Source of the DNA: Cyanobacteriota bacterium
Lineage (GTDB): Bacteria > Cyanobacteriota > Cyanobacteriia > Thermostichales > Thermostichaceae
Direction: 5' to 3'
Assembly: GCA_033764955.1 (NCBI GenBank)
Contig: JANRIL010000045.1
Location: 1-64,000, forward strand
DNA length: 64,000 bases
The position numbers and the translations under genes are program-made. The notes under the pieces were generated by a model. The model worked only from the letters and a program-made list of their open reading frames with translations. It was not told where the DNA came from and searched no databases. Below, one piece after another: positions 52,645-63,319 of this stretch. Within the stretch, counting starts at the first letter, position 1. Every line of letters begins with the position of its first letter.

Positions 52645-54315
52645 TCAATTCATCTTCATATCATCATTGAGTTTGTCGATGATCCACTGTCTGATGTCGG
52701 TGTACAGGTAATAATCATCGCCTTCGATAAAGCGCTGCCTCTCTTGTCTGGGGAGTTGTAGGAGAGGAGAGCATAGAATACTAGACATGACTTTAATGAT
52801 CTCGTTATAGTCACAAGCATTTTGATCTCTTCCTTCGTTGAGTTCCTGGATCCTTTGTTTTGAGAAACCACGCCCGTCATGGATCAAATCGTTTCGCTTC
52901 CAGATCCAATACTCCAGTTTGTCAAGATAATTGGCGCACTCCCTCCAGCTTGAGATCTCCTGGCTGCTGGCAGAACCAAGATTCTGGCGTATCTCAATCA
53001 GGATTTCCACGAAAGCACGCTTGCTTTTTCGAGAGAAGATTTTATATTGATCATTCTGTCGAGAGTAATCTAGATCTCCAACAAAATTAGACTGGCCATT
53101 TATCAAGTCCGACTTCAATTTGTCGATATAGACGATTCCTCGATTGCCAATGTATTTTTTGCCTCCCAGCTTCTCCGCAAGAATATCCAATATTTCCTCG
53201 CAACAGGAGGAAAGCCGGGAAAGGAAATGAGCAATTTGGTCAATGTCTTGATAAAGCCTGCATTGGGTGTACAGATTCAGTAGAGTACTATGACTCTGAC
53301 TTAGATCAATCGAGGGAAGTTGGTCATCATTAAGGCTTCTGGCTAAGTCCAGATCCAGGTTGAGTAAAGCATCTGCAAGGGTCAGACCATTGATAACGAC
53401 TTCTAAAGAGGCTTTGGTTGAGCGTACTTGTTCTTTTTTTAAGGCCTTATGCACAATTTGAAATGTCAGGATGGAGCGCCAGTTCTTCAGCACCTGAATA
53501 GCTCCAGAGAAATCCCATCGTTCCAGTAGCAGCTTCACTACTCGATAGTTCTGAGTGCGCTGATATTGCCAGAAGGAGGTTCGGGTACATGGGGATGGTT
53601 CTCCCAAAAGTACTTTCCGTGTTGAGAGAACGGGATCTAAAAAAAGCAGCTTGGGCAAATTGGCAGTGATCGATTGCAATCGGAGGGCTGTTTGCATCTG
53701 GGGAGTCCCGCCCTTGATACTGACAAGCACCTCCTCATTAGGATTAACGTTGTCGACAAAAAAGCGATAGTATTCGTTCAGGAGCGGATCCTGTTGATTG
53801 AGCTGGATATCCTTAGGAATCAGCCGTTTCAGAAAAAGAATATCTTCTCGTTGAAGATGCCTCTGGCTCCACATCTTCATGATCTCAAACAGGAAACAGG
53901 TATCCTGATGATGTGGACGGGTTTGATCAGTGACGAAGATGTTGATCTTCGTAACAGAGAACTCCTCAATAGCCGTGTGGATCACCCCCCAGATCCTGCC
54001 GAGACGGATCCGCACTTGCCAGGATTCTGGATCCTGCCGATAGGCAGCTAGGAGCTTTTCAGTTAACTCACGAAAGCTGTAGGAGAGTCTGCCGTTGCTT
54101 TTGGGTTCGACATTTACATCCAGTTCACTGCAGAGATCACTAGCGATGAAGTCTTCTCGGCTATTTCTCTCCCATATTATATTTTCATCTTCTGTTAGTT
54201 CTTCAGGGTTTTCATTTGGTTCATTCCGATCAAAGCCCACAGGAATGTAATACTCAAAGCCCTGGAGCTTCACAGCCAAATCAGAGGTGCCGATATTAGC
54301 GATCAGAATAGCCAT
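52645..54315 (-). CDS. CARF-HEPN type III ancillary ribonuclease (Csx1/Csm6-like)
   Basis: ILIANIGTSDL, VTDQ..QDT, SIKGGTPQM CARF-like motifs; RNDLIH HEPN motif; lies downstream of the cmr genes. Confidence 0.72.
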   Translation of the reverse strand: MAILIANIGTSDLAVKLQGFEYYIPVGFDRNEPNENPEELTEDENIIWERNSREDFIASDLCSELDVNVEPKSNGRLSYSFRELTEKLLAAYRQDPESWQVRIRLGRIWGVIHTAIEEFSVTKINIFVTDQTRPHHQDTCFLFEIMKMWSQRHLQREDILFLKRLIPKDIQLNQQDPLLNEYYRFFVDNVNPNEEVLVSIKGGTPQMQTALRLQSITANLPKLLFLDPVLSTRKVLLGEPSPCTRTSFWQYQRTQNYRVVKLLLERWDFSGAIQVLKNWRSILTFQIVHKALKKEQVRSTKASLEVVINGLTLADALLNLDLDLARSLNDDQLPSIDLSQSHSTLLNLYTQCRLYQDIDQIAHFLSRLSSCCEEILDILAEKLGGKKYIGNRGIVYIDKLKSDLINGQSNFVGDLDYSRQNDQYKIFSRKSKRAFVEILIEIRQNLGSASSQEISSWRECANYLDKLEYWIWKRNDLIHDGRGFSKQRIQELNEGRDQNACDYNEIIKVMSSILCSPLLQLPRQERQRFIEGDDYYLYTDIRQWIIDKLNDDMKMN

Positions 54316-54321
54316 AGTTCC

Positions 54322-54900
54322 TCACTCAGAATCGAAGTTGACTTTCTCATAGATGTCTCTCATGGCCAGTTGGCACTGGATCGAGGGCAGCTCAACCAGG
54401 GCTTCATGATCGGTTATATCTATCAGGATCCACTCTCTTTCGTTTTGCTTGCGATAATGCTCTAGTGCTGGAGTGGATTGAGCCACAATCAGATACTCTT
54501 GCAAAGAAGAAAGTTGGCGATAGCGGCTGAATTTCTCTCCTCGGTCATAAGATGCAGTAGAAGGCGATAACACTTCTATGAGTAGGGTGGGGTTCAGCAG
54601 GGTATCCAGCTCACCGTCGAGAAACTGGGGATCCTCACAGGCCACGACGATATCGGGGTAGGTGTAGAACTCCGCCTGATCTACGGCCACCCGCATATCC
54701 CCCATATAGATCTCACAGGGTCTGGAGCGGAGCTGACTATGGAGACTGGCAGCAATATTGAGAGAGATCAGGTTGTGTTGACGGCTAGCCCCGGTCATGG
54801 CCACGATGTCACCATCAATGTATTCGCTCTTGAACTCGGCTTGCCGCTCTTGAGTTAGATAGTCCTGTGAAGGGGTTTTCGGGTAAGGGTGAGCGATCAT
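54322..54900 (-). CDS. Uma2-family endonuclease
   Basis: KSEYIDGDIVAMTGAS..H, YPDIVV, IEVLSPST..DRGEKF. Confidence 0.9.
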   Translation of the reverse strand: MIAHPYPKTPSQDYLTQERQAEFKSEYIDGDIVAMTGASRQHNLISLNIAASLHSQLRSRPCEIYMGDMRVAVDQAEFYTYPDIVVACEDPQFLDGELDTLLNPTLLIEVLSPSTASYDRGEKFSRYRQLSSLQEYLIVAQSTPALEHYRKQNEREWILIDITDHEALVELPSIQCQLAMRDIYEKVNFDSE

Positions 54901-55157
54901 GTCTTGTTCTCCAGGATCCAGTTGTGTAGGTTGCGTTCAGCTTGGATTTCATCCTCCCTTGCCTCAGTCAAGAATTGGTAAAGTTTGGTCTTGGGAAAAC
55001 CAGGGAAACTAGGGCTGATCTCTACCTCCTGATAGCCCTGGGGGAGGAGCGGTGTTCACTCAGAGCTTGTAGGATCCCCTGGTAGCGATCCCAGGTGAGG
55101 TGGTGGAAGATCACTCGTTGTTCGGGGAATTGTTGTCGGGTAGGAGTGGTGAGCATA
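54897..55157 (-). pseudogene. Internally deleted Uma2 gene
   Basis: EQRVIFHHLTWDRYQGILQAL N-terminus joined out of frame to GYQEVEISPSFP..LYQFL C-terminus. Confidence 0.6.
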
Positions 55158-55211
55158 GTGGTTTTCCCCTCTCTTGAGATCAGTATGGCGAAGTCGTTTT
55201 GGTGAAGTTAC

Positions 55212-56930
55212 TCAGGTCTTCAGGCCAAAGAGATGGAGGCTGTCACTCATTCGGGTTAGATCATCGAGGAATCGAGCCCTCACATGCTGACCACCAGCTT
55301 GGACACCTCCCATAAACAAGCAGACCACCTCCTGGCAATCGATACCAGCTTGCTTATGCCTGATCTTGTGTCTCCTGATGCTTACCCAGGAACAATGGGC
55401 ATCACCGTGTGCAGCATTACCGCCAAGATCGGGGTTGCGCTTATAGTCTCTCTGCTGGTTTTTTTGATAAACCAACCCCATTCCGTCCCCTCGGGTACTC
55501 TCCACATCATCTGGATTGACCCATCTTAGTTTTGAGTCTTCTGAGTCTTTTGAGTTTGATAAATCGATAGGATCAGATTCAGGGCCGGGGACTGCAAATA
55601 CAGCACAACTGTTGGGTGAGAATGCCTCACAAGTGAGGTTTTGGTATCCTCTTAGTAAACGCTGAGGCCAAAGCCGCTCAACCTTTTGGTACCATTCCTG
55701 GTACAGTTCTTCCCATTTGGCTGGATCAACGGATATCCCAACTTTTTTGAATTCGTTCTTGATTTTGAGATCAAGCGTTAGGTGACTCCCTCGGGATGCG
55801 GAAATAGGGGGTCTATCCCCTCTTTCCATCATGAAGAGGTGCAGGGGCCTGCGCCAGCCTCGCCCCACTCCTCCCGTCATCACCGCTACCCGGATAATCG
55901 GAAAGAGAATGCCCATGAGGATCTCGAGGGGAGCTTCAATTTTCAATTCTCCGTTCCATTCGTAGAAAGTTGGAGAATTGTCGGATTTGATTCCCCAAGG
56001 ATCTCCCTTGATGATTTCCAGTCGTGCACACCCTTTTCGTGACTTAGGTTCCAGAGTTCCAAAAAGTTCACCCACCGTCTTGAGGGCATCGTCTCTTGTC
56101 ATCACTCCGAGGAAGAAACGTAAAGCCCAGGATCGTAGCCAGCCCCGCCAGTGGGAAGGCCGCAGCTCCATAGTCCTCATATTGGGACCTGCATTACCCT
56201 GGCTGAGGAGATTAAATCTAAAGATCCTTTCTGATCTACCTTCGCCCAACTGCTTGGATCCCTTGAATCCAGGAACCAGGATCCGTCCATATCCAGAGGC
56301 AGTACGGCTACCTACTCCTAGTAACCTCAGGGTTTGCTGAACCCATGACCAAACTTCATCGACTTCCTCTTGAGTTGTTCCAGGAACACCTTGAATAGCA
56401 ACGCAAAATGAGATTGGGTTCTGACCATCACCCAAGGTGTACAGAGATAAAGGAGTTCCCTGACCTTCATGAAACACCTGGAAGTTTTGCTGAGGATTGA
56501 CGATATCCAGGCTTAACCGTGTGGGCTCCAAGGGCCAAGCGTCCAGAAACTGAATCTTGCCTGCCGAGATGGTGGATCCTTTCTGGACACCCAAGAGTTC
56601 TTCCATTCTGGCTATTCGCTCAGGGCGTTGCTTTGCCCAGGCCCGCACAACTCCTCGAATGCAGGATCCTGGGATGTATCCATTGAGGGGTAATTCAGGA
56701 AAGAGTTCCCAGTTATCGCCCACATTACGTTTATCCTCTGGCCGCCCACTATCTCGAGTCCATGGTCCACAAGGTTCGCCTGCTGAAACCAGAGTCTCGA
56801 CATCAGGATGAGGGAAGGATCCGACTTTGGCTCGCCAATTTAAGGTAAAGGTTCCTTGGCGAAAAAGATTGGAAGAACGCCTTTGGTGCTGTTGAGCTAA
56901 GAGTTCAATCAATCGAGGTCCTGTGTACAT
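55212..56930 (-). CDS. cmr6: Type III-B RAMP, Cmr6-Cmr1 fusion
   Basis: YIPGSCIRGVVR, FLDAWP, GVGSRTASGYG, then a second RAMP ELRPSHWRGWLRSW..GGVGRGWRR. Confidence 0.85.
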   Translation of the reverse strand: MYTGPRLIELLAQQHQRRSSNLFRQGTFTLNWRAKVGSFPHPDVETLVSAGEPCGPWTRDSGRPEDKRNVGDNWELFPELPLNGYIPGSCIRGVVRAWAKQRPERIARMEELLGVQKGSTISAGKIQFLDAWPLEPTRLSLDIVNPQQNFQVFHEGQGTPLSLYTLGDGQNPISFCVAIQGVPGTTQEEVDEVWSWVQQTLRLLGVGSRTASGYGRILVPGFKGSKQLGEGRSERIFRFNLLSQGNAGPNMRTMELRPSHWRGWLRSWALRFFLGVMTRDDALKTVGELFGTLEPKSRKGCARLEIIKGDPWGIKSDNSPTFYEWNGELKIEAPLEILMGILFPIIRVAVMTGGVGRGWRRPLHLFMMERGDRPPISASRGSHLTLDLKIKNEFKKVGISVDPAKWEELYQEWYQKVERLWPQRLLRGYQNLTCEAFSPNSCAVFAVPGPESDPIDLSNSKDSEDSKLRWVNPDDVESTRGDGMGLVYQKNQQRDYKRNPDLGGNAAHGDAHCSWVSIRRHKIRHKQAGIDCQEVVCLFMGGVQAGGQHVRARFLDDLTRMSDSLHLFGLKT

Positions 56931-56933
56931 TGC

Positions 56934-57455
56934 TCACTCCTGATAGGCCCGTGCCCAGAAATTCCAGTGATTAGCGAGGTTCAATGCCCTTCGCCACAGT
57001 GCGAGATATTCAGTGGGTTTTTCATTCGCTTTCTCTTGGATAATTCTCATTAACTCTCTAGGAGAAAGTGTGTCCTGTTCACTCACCAATTGACTGAGCA
57101 ATGCCGTCCACACGGGTACAGTGCGCTCACGAACTTTTCCTGACTGTTGATTGGACTGATTGACATATCCTATTGCTGACAACAAACCAAACACCCGCAA
57201 ATGTTGGGATAGGCGGAGAACTGCTGTGAGGTCATCCTGAGTGAGATTTTCAGAGCCTTGAGATTGCATGTAGCTCTGGATATGTTTGTGGGCTAGCAGG
57301 CTGATGTGTTCTGGACGAACCAGGAACTCATTCTTCTCTTTGGTTACAGAGATAGGTTGGGTACTCACTGGGTTCAGTGGTGGTGTATTTCCCTGCTTAG
57401 TCTGGGGATTGGGAGGAGTTGGTCTGGAATACCCTTTGTTTTTGTGCTTAGACAT
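56934..57455 (-). CDS. cmr5: Type III-B small subunit Cmr5
   Basis: HLRVFGLLSAIGY helical small subunit, positioned between cmr4 and cmr6. Confidence 0.75.
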   Translation of the reverse strand: MSKHKNKGYSRPTPPNPQTKQGNTPPLNPVSTQPISVTKEKNEFLVRPEHISLLAHKHIQSYMQSQGSENLTQDDLTAVLRLSQHLRVFGLLSAIGYVNQSNQQSGKVRERTVPVWTALLSQLVSEQDTLSPRELMRIIQEKANEKPTEYLALWRRALNLANHWNFWARAYQE

Positions 57456-58363
57456 TAGTTAACTCCTGTAGCGCTTTTAAGGGTGTCCTTGATCACTGGG
57501 GCTTCGATCTTGGATACCCATCCCTGTACCCAGCCCCGTCCGACATTGGCCTGCCCTCCCACCTGGAACAAACCCTGGAGTACATCCAACAATGTCTTAT
57601 GCTCTTGGGTAAGATCTTTTTGAGCAGGTAGGGGGCTATATCCCCAGGCAAAATAAAGGATGGTGTCACGAGGAATGCAAACATCTGTCCAGAAAACCTC
57701 TGCTGAACCTATCTGGTTAGCTCCTTCGCTCTCCTCCTGAATCTTGTTTCGGATCTGAGTCCAAAGAGAGTGCTCCATTAGGATCTGGAAATCCGCGTCA
57801 GGAAGAATGATTCTGTTTTGGCTCCATGTTGACTTTGCGTCTCCATGCAAAACAGTTGGCCACTCTCCACTCAAATCAAAAGAATGATCTGAATGATCTG
57901 AAGGTATCTGGCTCACCTGAACCTCAGCATCTGCCACGATGTATTTCCCTGGCTTGGTTCCAATGGGATGCTCAGGAAATGCTGGCAAAGAATTGTGAGA
58001 TAACAATGCATGATCTCGAAGCAGGGAATGGCAGCTCACCCAGATGAAAACAGGTCCTCCTCCTTTCAGAGACATCGTGCGCATGGGCATCCACAAGAGA
58101 CGAGCATCACCAAACCAAACTTGATGAACACCCATCTGACTATCTTTTTGGAGTTCCCGCCCAAAGAGGGTATCGGCGATTTTGGGATCTTGAAGAGTTA
58201 CTTCGTTCCGCAGGCTTCCTCGTAAAGAAGAACCTGGGACATAGGGAAAGTTGGTGTGAGCTTCACGAGCGATTTCCAGGATATTTCCGAGATCACCCTC
58301 TCCACCACAATGAATAGGAGCAAGGCTGTAAAGGTAGCCAATGCGAAAGTCAGGTTGAGTCAT
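57455..58363 (-). CDS. cmr4: Type III-B RAMP Cmr4
   Basis: PIHCGGEG..IAREAHTNFPYVPGSSLRG, FGDARLL, QVGGQANVGRG. Confidence 0.92.
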   Translation of the reverse strand: MTQPDFRIGYLYSLAPIHCGGEGDLGNILEIAREAHTNFPYVPGSSLRGSLRNEVTLQDPKIADTLFGRELQKDSQMGVHQVWFGDARLLWMPMRTMSLKGGGPVFIWVSCHSLLRDHALLSHNSLPAFPEHPIGTKPGKYIVADAEVQVSQIPSDHSDHSFDLSGEWPTVLHGDAKSTWSQNRIILPDADFQILMEHSLWTQIRNKIQEESEGANQIGSAEVFWTDVCIPRDTILYFAWGYSPLPAQKDLTQEHKTLLDVLQGLFQVGGQANVGRGWVQGWVSKIEAPVIKDTLKSATGVN

Positions 58364-58364
58364 G

Positions 58365-59495
58365 TCATGATCCCCACAAAAGTGTTCCGTAGTTCAAAGA
58401 TTCAAAGGTTTCGGACTGGGCACAGGGCTTACCCAGAAGCTGCTTTGTTGGAGGCGGATCCTGTTTGAAGCGATACACCGTACCAGCAGGGATAAAGGCC
58501 CGTTGAGGTAACAGAGCAAAGTCCGCCTTCTCACTCTGATCGCTGCCCTGCTGCCGCCGCCGGATTGCCGAAATCCCACCCCAGAGCAAGGCTCGATCGG
58601 TGGCACATCCCACCAGATAAGGCTGCCACTGGGAAGGATATGCCTGATAGACCGGAGCCTCCTCAGCCTGGGCTAGACCTGGAGTGAGCAGGTAGGCAAC
58701 CGATCCTGTCCTCTCCCGCAAGGGATCCAGTTTGATTCCGGGATCCCAGCCTTCTAGGGGAGCAACCAGGGCTCGATGTCCCTCCCCCCCCAGGCGAACG
58801 GTAGTGGTCGGGATCCGTGTACTAATGGCGGCAGCCAGTCGCCACCCACGGCGCAGCCGGATCGCTACTTCGGTGAAGTAACCAGCATCCTCTTTCACCT
58901 GGCGGGTGTCGGACTTGATGTCGATGTGAGGCAAGACCTGAGTATCCCAGGGATCCTCCTGAAAATCAGCGGACTGCGGAAGCTGCCCTTCCAGATAAGC
59001 ACTCAACGCTGAGGCTCGGATCCAGGGTTGTGGGCGACCCTTAATGTACTCGCCGTCCTTCAGAAAAGGGGTTACCAAAGGCGGAAGTTTCTGATCATCC
59101 CAACGAATATATTTCCAATGATCTCCCTCGATAGGCTGGAGACGACTGTACTGATCTCCCTGAGTTTTCTCCTCGAAGTTGTCTTCTGGTGTAGTGTCTG
59201 GATCAGCACCGGGATCCGTGTGCTTTATGGCCAGCAGATCCTTGGGAGTGGGCAGCCAAAGTGTATTCTCTTGGTCTAAGAGGAATGGCCCCAGAAATCT
59301 GAGATCTCGGGTCTGACTCGGGGTGTAGGGTAAGGCAGATCTCAGGGCTTGAAAGATCGTCGTAGGCATAGGCGGGAATAATCCCTTGGCCCAGGATCCT
59401 TCCCCAGGAGAGAACGGCTTGCTCTCCCGGAAGAGTAAGACATCGATAGGATCTAGTGCATACCAGTGTAGGGCTGAAAGTTGGGTTTCAGACAT
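58365..59495 (-). CDS. cmr3: Type III-B Cmr3 (Cas5-like)
   Basis: PIDVLLFRESKPF, FPPMPTT, GPFL, RLGGEGHR, YLLTPG, PAGTVY. Confidence 0.92.
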   Translation of the reverse strand: MSETQLSALHWYALDPIDVLLFRESKPFSPGEGSWAKGLFPPMPTTIFQALRSALPYTPSQTRDLRFLGPFLLDQENTLWLPTPKDLLAIKHTDPGADPDTTPEDNFEEKTQGDQYSRLQPIEGDHWKYIRWDDQKLPPLVTPFLKDGEYIKGRPQPWIRASALSAYLEGQLPQSADFQEDPWDTQVLPHIDIKSDTRQVKEDAGYFTEVAIRLRRGWRLAAAISTRIPTTTVRLGGEGHRALVAPLEGWDPGIKLDPLRERTGSVAYLLTPGLAQAEEAPVYQAYPSQWQPYLVGCATDRALLWGGISAIRRRQQGSDQSEKADFALLPQRAFIPAGTVYRFKQDPPPTKQLLGKPCAQSETFESLNYGTLLWGS

Positions 59496-59500
59496 GAGAG

Positions 59501-60088
59501 TTACGTACCCTGCGGAAATAAATCTTTGACTTGAAAGGTAATTTCAGGCAGAGCTAGAGGAACGAGTATGTCACGTCCTTTAGCCACCTGTACCTGCTGA
59601 TAGGAATCCTCTAGAGGTTGTCTATAGGTCGTGATCTCTTTGGCCTTGATATCAACCACCCAGTAGTCTTGAATTCTGGCCTTTGCATAAATGGGCATCT
59701 TGATCTTCTTGTCGATTTCAATACTGGAGTCCGCGACTTCGATCACCAGCAGAATATCTTCGGGATAGGGATGGTGTTCTGTATAGTCGAACATCGATCC
59801 GCGAGCGATTGTGATGTCAGGTTCAGGTTCGGATCCCTGCTCAGTTAGAGTAATCGGATCTTGAGTTATTAAATAAAACCTCTCTCCTAACCGCTCTCGG
59901 AATCGTTCCGCTATCCAGCGCCCAATGATGACATGACTGACTCCTTTGGGTGACATATTTGAAACAATTCCTTCCAGCAATTCCACTCGATCGTCATGGG
60001 TCAACAGGCCGTTCTCAATCATGCGATGATAGCCCTCAATGCTCCATAGATGGATGTTTTGGAGCTTGACTTGATTTTGAAGTTGCAT
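59501..60088 (-). CDS. Uma2-family endonuclease between cas10 and cmr3
   Basis: YHRMIENG..RVELLEG, EPEPDI, LVIEVADSS, YAKARIQDYWVVD. Confidence 0.9.
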   Translation of the reverse strand: MQLQNQVKLQNIHLWSIEGYHRMIENGLLTHDDRVELLEGIVSNMSPKGVSHVIIGRWIAERFRERLGERFYLITQDPITLTEQGSEPEPDITIARGSMFDYTEHHPYPEDILLVIEVADSSIEIDKKIKMPIYAKARIQDYWVVDIKAKEITTYRQPLEDSYQQVQVAKGRDILVPLALPEITFQVKDLFPQGT

Positions 60089-60114
60089 ATCGACCTCTAA
60101 AAAATGACAGCGAT

Positions 60115-63100
60115 TTAAGACTTCATCCATTCATCCCGTTGCTTTTTCTTATCCACCCAGAACGCAGAGAATTTCAGAAGATTACCCAGATCTGCAGGGG
60201 TAGTGCCAAGCGGTGTAGATTCTTGAGAATGAGGTTGTTTCAAAACCCACTTCTCCCAGTCATTCAACCAACTCACCAAGGGATCCAGAATCTCTTTTTT
60301 CAGCTCCTCAGATCGATCCCGTCGAGCCAAGATAGTGGTGGCCGCTAGTTGGAATAGCCGATTGTGTTCAGAGACCACACAGCGTTGCGGTAATTCCTCC
60401 GCCAGACGGTGTAATACAGGCCCCAGATCTAGATCCGGCCCCTTCTCCAGCCAACTCCACCAACTGTCCAACAAATCACCCTTCATCAATGCCTCTAAAG
60501 TATTGCCAGACTGGTAGATCACCCGAAAGCAGAGACCATCCTTACCAGGGATCTTTTTGGCCCGATTCTTCTCCGCCTCCCAAAGGTTTTCCAAAACGGT
60601 GGGCAACGGGATCCCTTTGTTGGCAATGACGATCCCCATGCTCATAGTTGCTCCCTCGCCCATGGTAAAGAGTGGACGATTGGGTAAACCTGAGAGGGAT
60701 CTGTCCCGTGGTGGATGCCAGAACCCGCCTCTACTTGTAAACTCGCTATAAGGATCTTTATTACCACACCAGGCTGCTCGCAGAGAGAGGAGATACTCAG
60801 GCAAATCCTCCAGAGGAAGCAAAGCCATGACATCATCCCCACCGCTGTAGACCACCCTGCCACAGAACCTTTTCTCGGTGAGGTAAGGAACCAGGCGATT
60901 GGAGAAATCCAAGAGTGCTCGATTAAGTCCCACATGAGTGGCTGGTCCCATGCGCTTTCTGACATTCTGCAGAAGCTCCTCCCATTCGGAGCCTTTCTTC
61001 TTCAACTGATCAGCAACACCTTCAGCCAGGTAGTTTTCATAAGGATGCAGCCTGGATCCATTGACATACTTGCCCATGCTGTCTCCATCCGCCAGCACGA
61101 TCACCCACCAGTCAGAGGGACTACCCCCTTTTAACCCCACCTGTTGATGAGCCTGATCCACGGCATAGCGGAGATCTTTTGCAGCATTGCAGAGTTCTTC
61201 TGCCTCCAAGTCCTGAAGACCCAGATCATCCACCAACCACTTTTTCGAGAACATCACTCCGTTATAGGGTTGATCTCCCCCTTGAGGATTAAATTGGGCA
61301 TCCGTTTTGGGCACCTGAAAGGGACGACGAGTAAGAGATCCAAATCGCTCCCGGTGTTTGGGCAGATCCTGCCTGATCTGTCGCTCTAGCTCCCTCCAAT
61401 ACTGTTTCACCTTCTCTGGAGTATCATGAGCAAAACGAGCAGATGCGATGGAGCTAAGGTTTGGGAATCGGATCAGGTTCTCCAAATCATCATCATCTTC
61501 AGAAACCCCTAGACACTTAGCAATCCCTCCATACTTCCAGGCCATGCGTTTGGTGAGTTCCACCGCATTCAGCATCTCAGATCCATTGAAGAGTCCTGGA
61601 TAGACTTCTGCCATTAATTTCCAGAACATGCGCAGGGATCCGGCTGGCAGACCAGCTCCTTCACAGAACTTATCTCGATACAGCAGATTGGGATGAACCG
61701 CACTGTACATGCCTGAGAGAGTGGATCGTTCTCCGGGAGCCACCGGGATCCGCCAGGTACGGGTATTTTTGATGGCTTGGATCGACTGGCCCAAACGGGT
61801 TTGCAAACTGCCCCACCAGGTGCCCACATTCAGTTTCCCGTAGGCATTTTCTTCAGGAGTAGTGGGTAATTCAACTCGACTTTGAGCCAGATTTTGTTGA
61901 GATTCTTTCCATGATTTATAGCTAGGATCTTTAATTTTTGCTTTCAAAGGTTTGTCAGGATCCCCCAGGGGAACCAGGGTCCAGTAGCTTTCCCAAGTAT
62001 GGTCGAGCTGAGCATCCCAGAGCTTATTCCACTCCCAGTTAGATTGCTGGTGCCACTTCTGGAATTCCCTTTCATAGTTGGTGTGAGAGCCTTCTGTTGT
62101 TCCCATGGTTGGGGCAATTTTTTTCCAGATCTCTGGCCCACTTTTTTCCAAGTGTTCGATGCAAGTTTGCCGGATATGATCCCTCACCTGGATCCCGATC
62201 TCTTTCCAGAGTTTGCGCATCTCCAGGGTGAGTTCTTCCGCAAAGGCTTTGGCCTCTTCTCTGGGTACCAGAGCCGTGATCACGTTGGGGAACCCGGCGG
62301 TGCTCAAGCTGTTAGAACGTCGAAGGTTGAACCGACTGACAGGAGTGCTGTTCTCACTGTCGATCTCTCGAAAATAGCACTCGAACTCGGGGAACTTCTT
62401 CAAGATCCAGGCATCAATGATCTCCTGTCCCCAGAGAGAAGGAGTGATCACAGCATCCGGGCCATAGCGGTCGGCAATAAGCCAGCAGAGACGAGCACTC
62501 ATGTAGTGCAGCAAGTAGGATCCAGACCAAAAATCCAATAGTTTACGCGAGGACTTAATGAACTCCTGCACTGGCGAGAAAGTGAACAGCAAAAGATCCG
62601 CATGGGAGACCAAATTGGGGGACTGTGCCTTCTCAGGGAATAAGGCTCCTGCCAGAGCCGAGACGATACTGTTGTGATCATGGACGGCACAATCGGGAAT
62701 GCGGGTGTCGGCAGGCAAAAGCAAAGCCGATGGACTCTTAATGCCAGTCTCGAGAGCGACCAACTGAGGATAAAATCGCCAGAACCACCAGAACACCTTC
62801 TCGGGCTCCCCATGACGCACCTGCTCGTAAGGGATGATCCGAGCCTCGATCTTGGCGATTTGAGCTTCAGTGAGCTGGTTCCAGATCTGGATTTTCTGTT
62901 TCTCGCCAGACAATGGATGACGCACCTCCACCTCAGTGCGTCCCGATAGCTGGGCCGCATCCTTGAAAACTCCTTTAATGCTGAGGCGATCAGATGCTGC
63001 CGCGATATGATCCGCCAAAACCCCTTGTTGAGAAGCCCACCAGGACTCTAGTTCCGCCTCGTGATGATACAACTCCACCACCTGCTCCCAGGGGCCTTTG

Positions 63101-63255
63101 CCGTTTTTGTACTTGTAGAGCGGCTTAAGCTGGGGATCGTGTAACAGAGCGAACAGCTTCCTGCGGTAGAAGTCGTTACGAGGCTCTGAGTTTTCTTCAT
63201 GTTTGGTTTCCATTTTTTCAGGCTTTAGCTCAGGAAGAGAGTCTTCTACAACCAA
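60115..63255 (-). CDS. cas10: Cas10/Cmr2
   Basis: ALLHDP..DHIAAASDR HD-type N-terminus, PVQEFIKSSRKLLDFWSGSYLL, DGDSMGK, VYSGGDDV cyclase motif; start uncertain. Confidence 0.95.
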   Translation of the reverse strand: MVVEDSLPELKPEKMETKHEENSEPRNDFYRRKLFALLHDPQLKPLYKYKNGKGPWEQVVELYHHEAELESWWASQQGVLADHIAAASDRLSIKGVFKDAAQLSGRTEVEVRHPLSGEKQKIQIWNQLTEAQIAKIEARIIPYEQVRHGEPEKVFWWFWRFYPQLVALETGIKSPSALLLPADTRIPDCAVHDHNSIVSALAGALFPEKAQSPNLVSHADLLLFTFSPVQEFIKSSRKLLDFWSGSYLLHYMSARLCWLIADRYGPDAVITPSLWGQEIIDAWILKKFPEFECYFREIDSENSTPVSRFNLRRSNSLSTAGFPNVITALVPREEAKAFAEELTLEMRKLWKEIGIQVRDHIRQTCIEHLEKSGPEIWKKIAPTMGTTEGSHTNYEREFQKWHQQSNWEWNKLWDAQLDHTWESYWTLVPLGDPDKPLKAKIKDPSYKSWKESQQNLAQSRVELPTTPEENAYGKLNVGTWWGSLQTRLGQSIQAIKNTRTWRIPVAPGERSTLSGMYSAVHPNLLYRDKFCEGAGLPAGSLRMFWKLMAEVYPGLFNGSEMLNAVELTKRMAWKYGGIAKCLGVSEDDDDLENLIRFPNLSSIASARFAHDTPEKVKQYWRELERQIRQDLPKHRERFGSLTRRPFQVPKTDAQFNPQGGDQPYNGVMFSKKWLVDDLGLQDLEAEELCNAAKDLRYAVDQAHQQVGLKGGSPSDWWVIVLADGDSMGKYVNGSRLHPYENYLAEGVADQLKKKGSEWEELLQNVRKRMGPATHVGLNRALLDFSNRLVPYLTEKRFCGRVVYSGGDDVMALLPLEDLPEYLLSLRAAWCGNKDPYSEFTSRGGFWHPPRDRSLSGLPNRPLFTMGEGATMSMGIVIANKGIPLPTVLENLWEAEKNRAKKIPGKDGLCFRVIYQSGNTLEALMKGDLLDSWWSWLEKGPDLDLGPVLHRLAEELPQRCVVSEHNRLFQLAATTILARRDRSEELKKEILDPLVSWLNDWEKWVLKQPHSQESTPLGTTPADLGNLLKFSAFWVDKKKQRDEWMKS

Positions 63256-63319
63256 GTTAAACGAATACTTTCAACTGGGAGTAATTTGTGGTGCGAACGG
63301 CGAAACTGTTTATGGTTCG

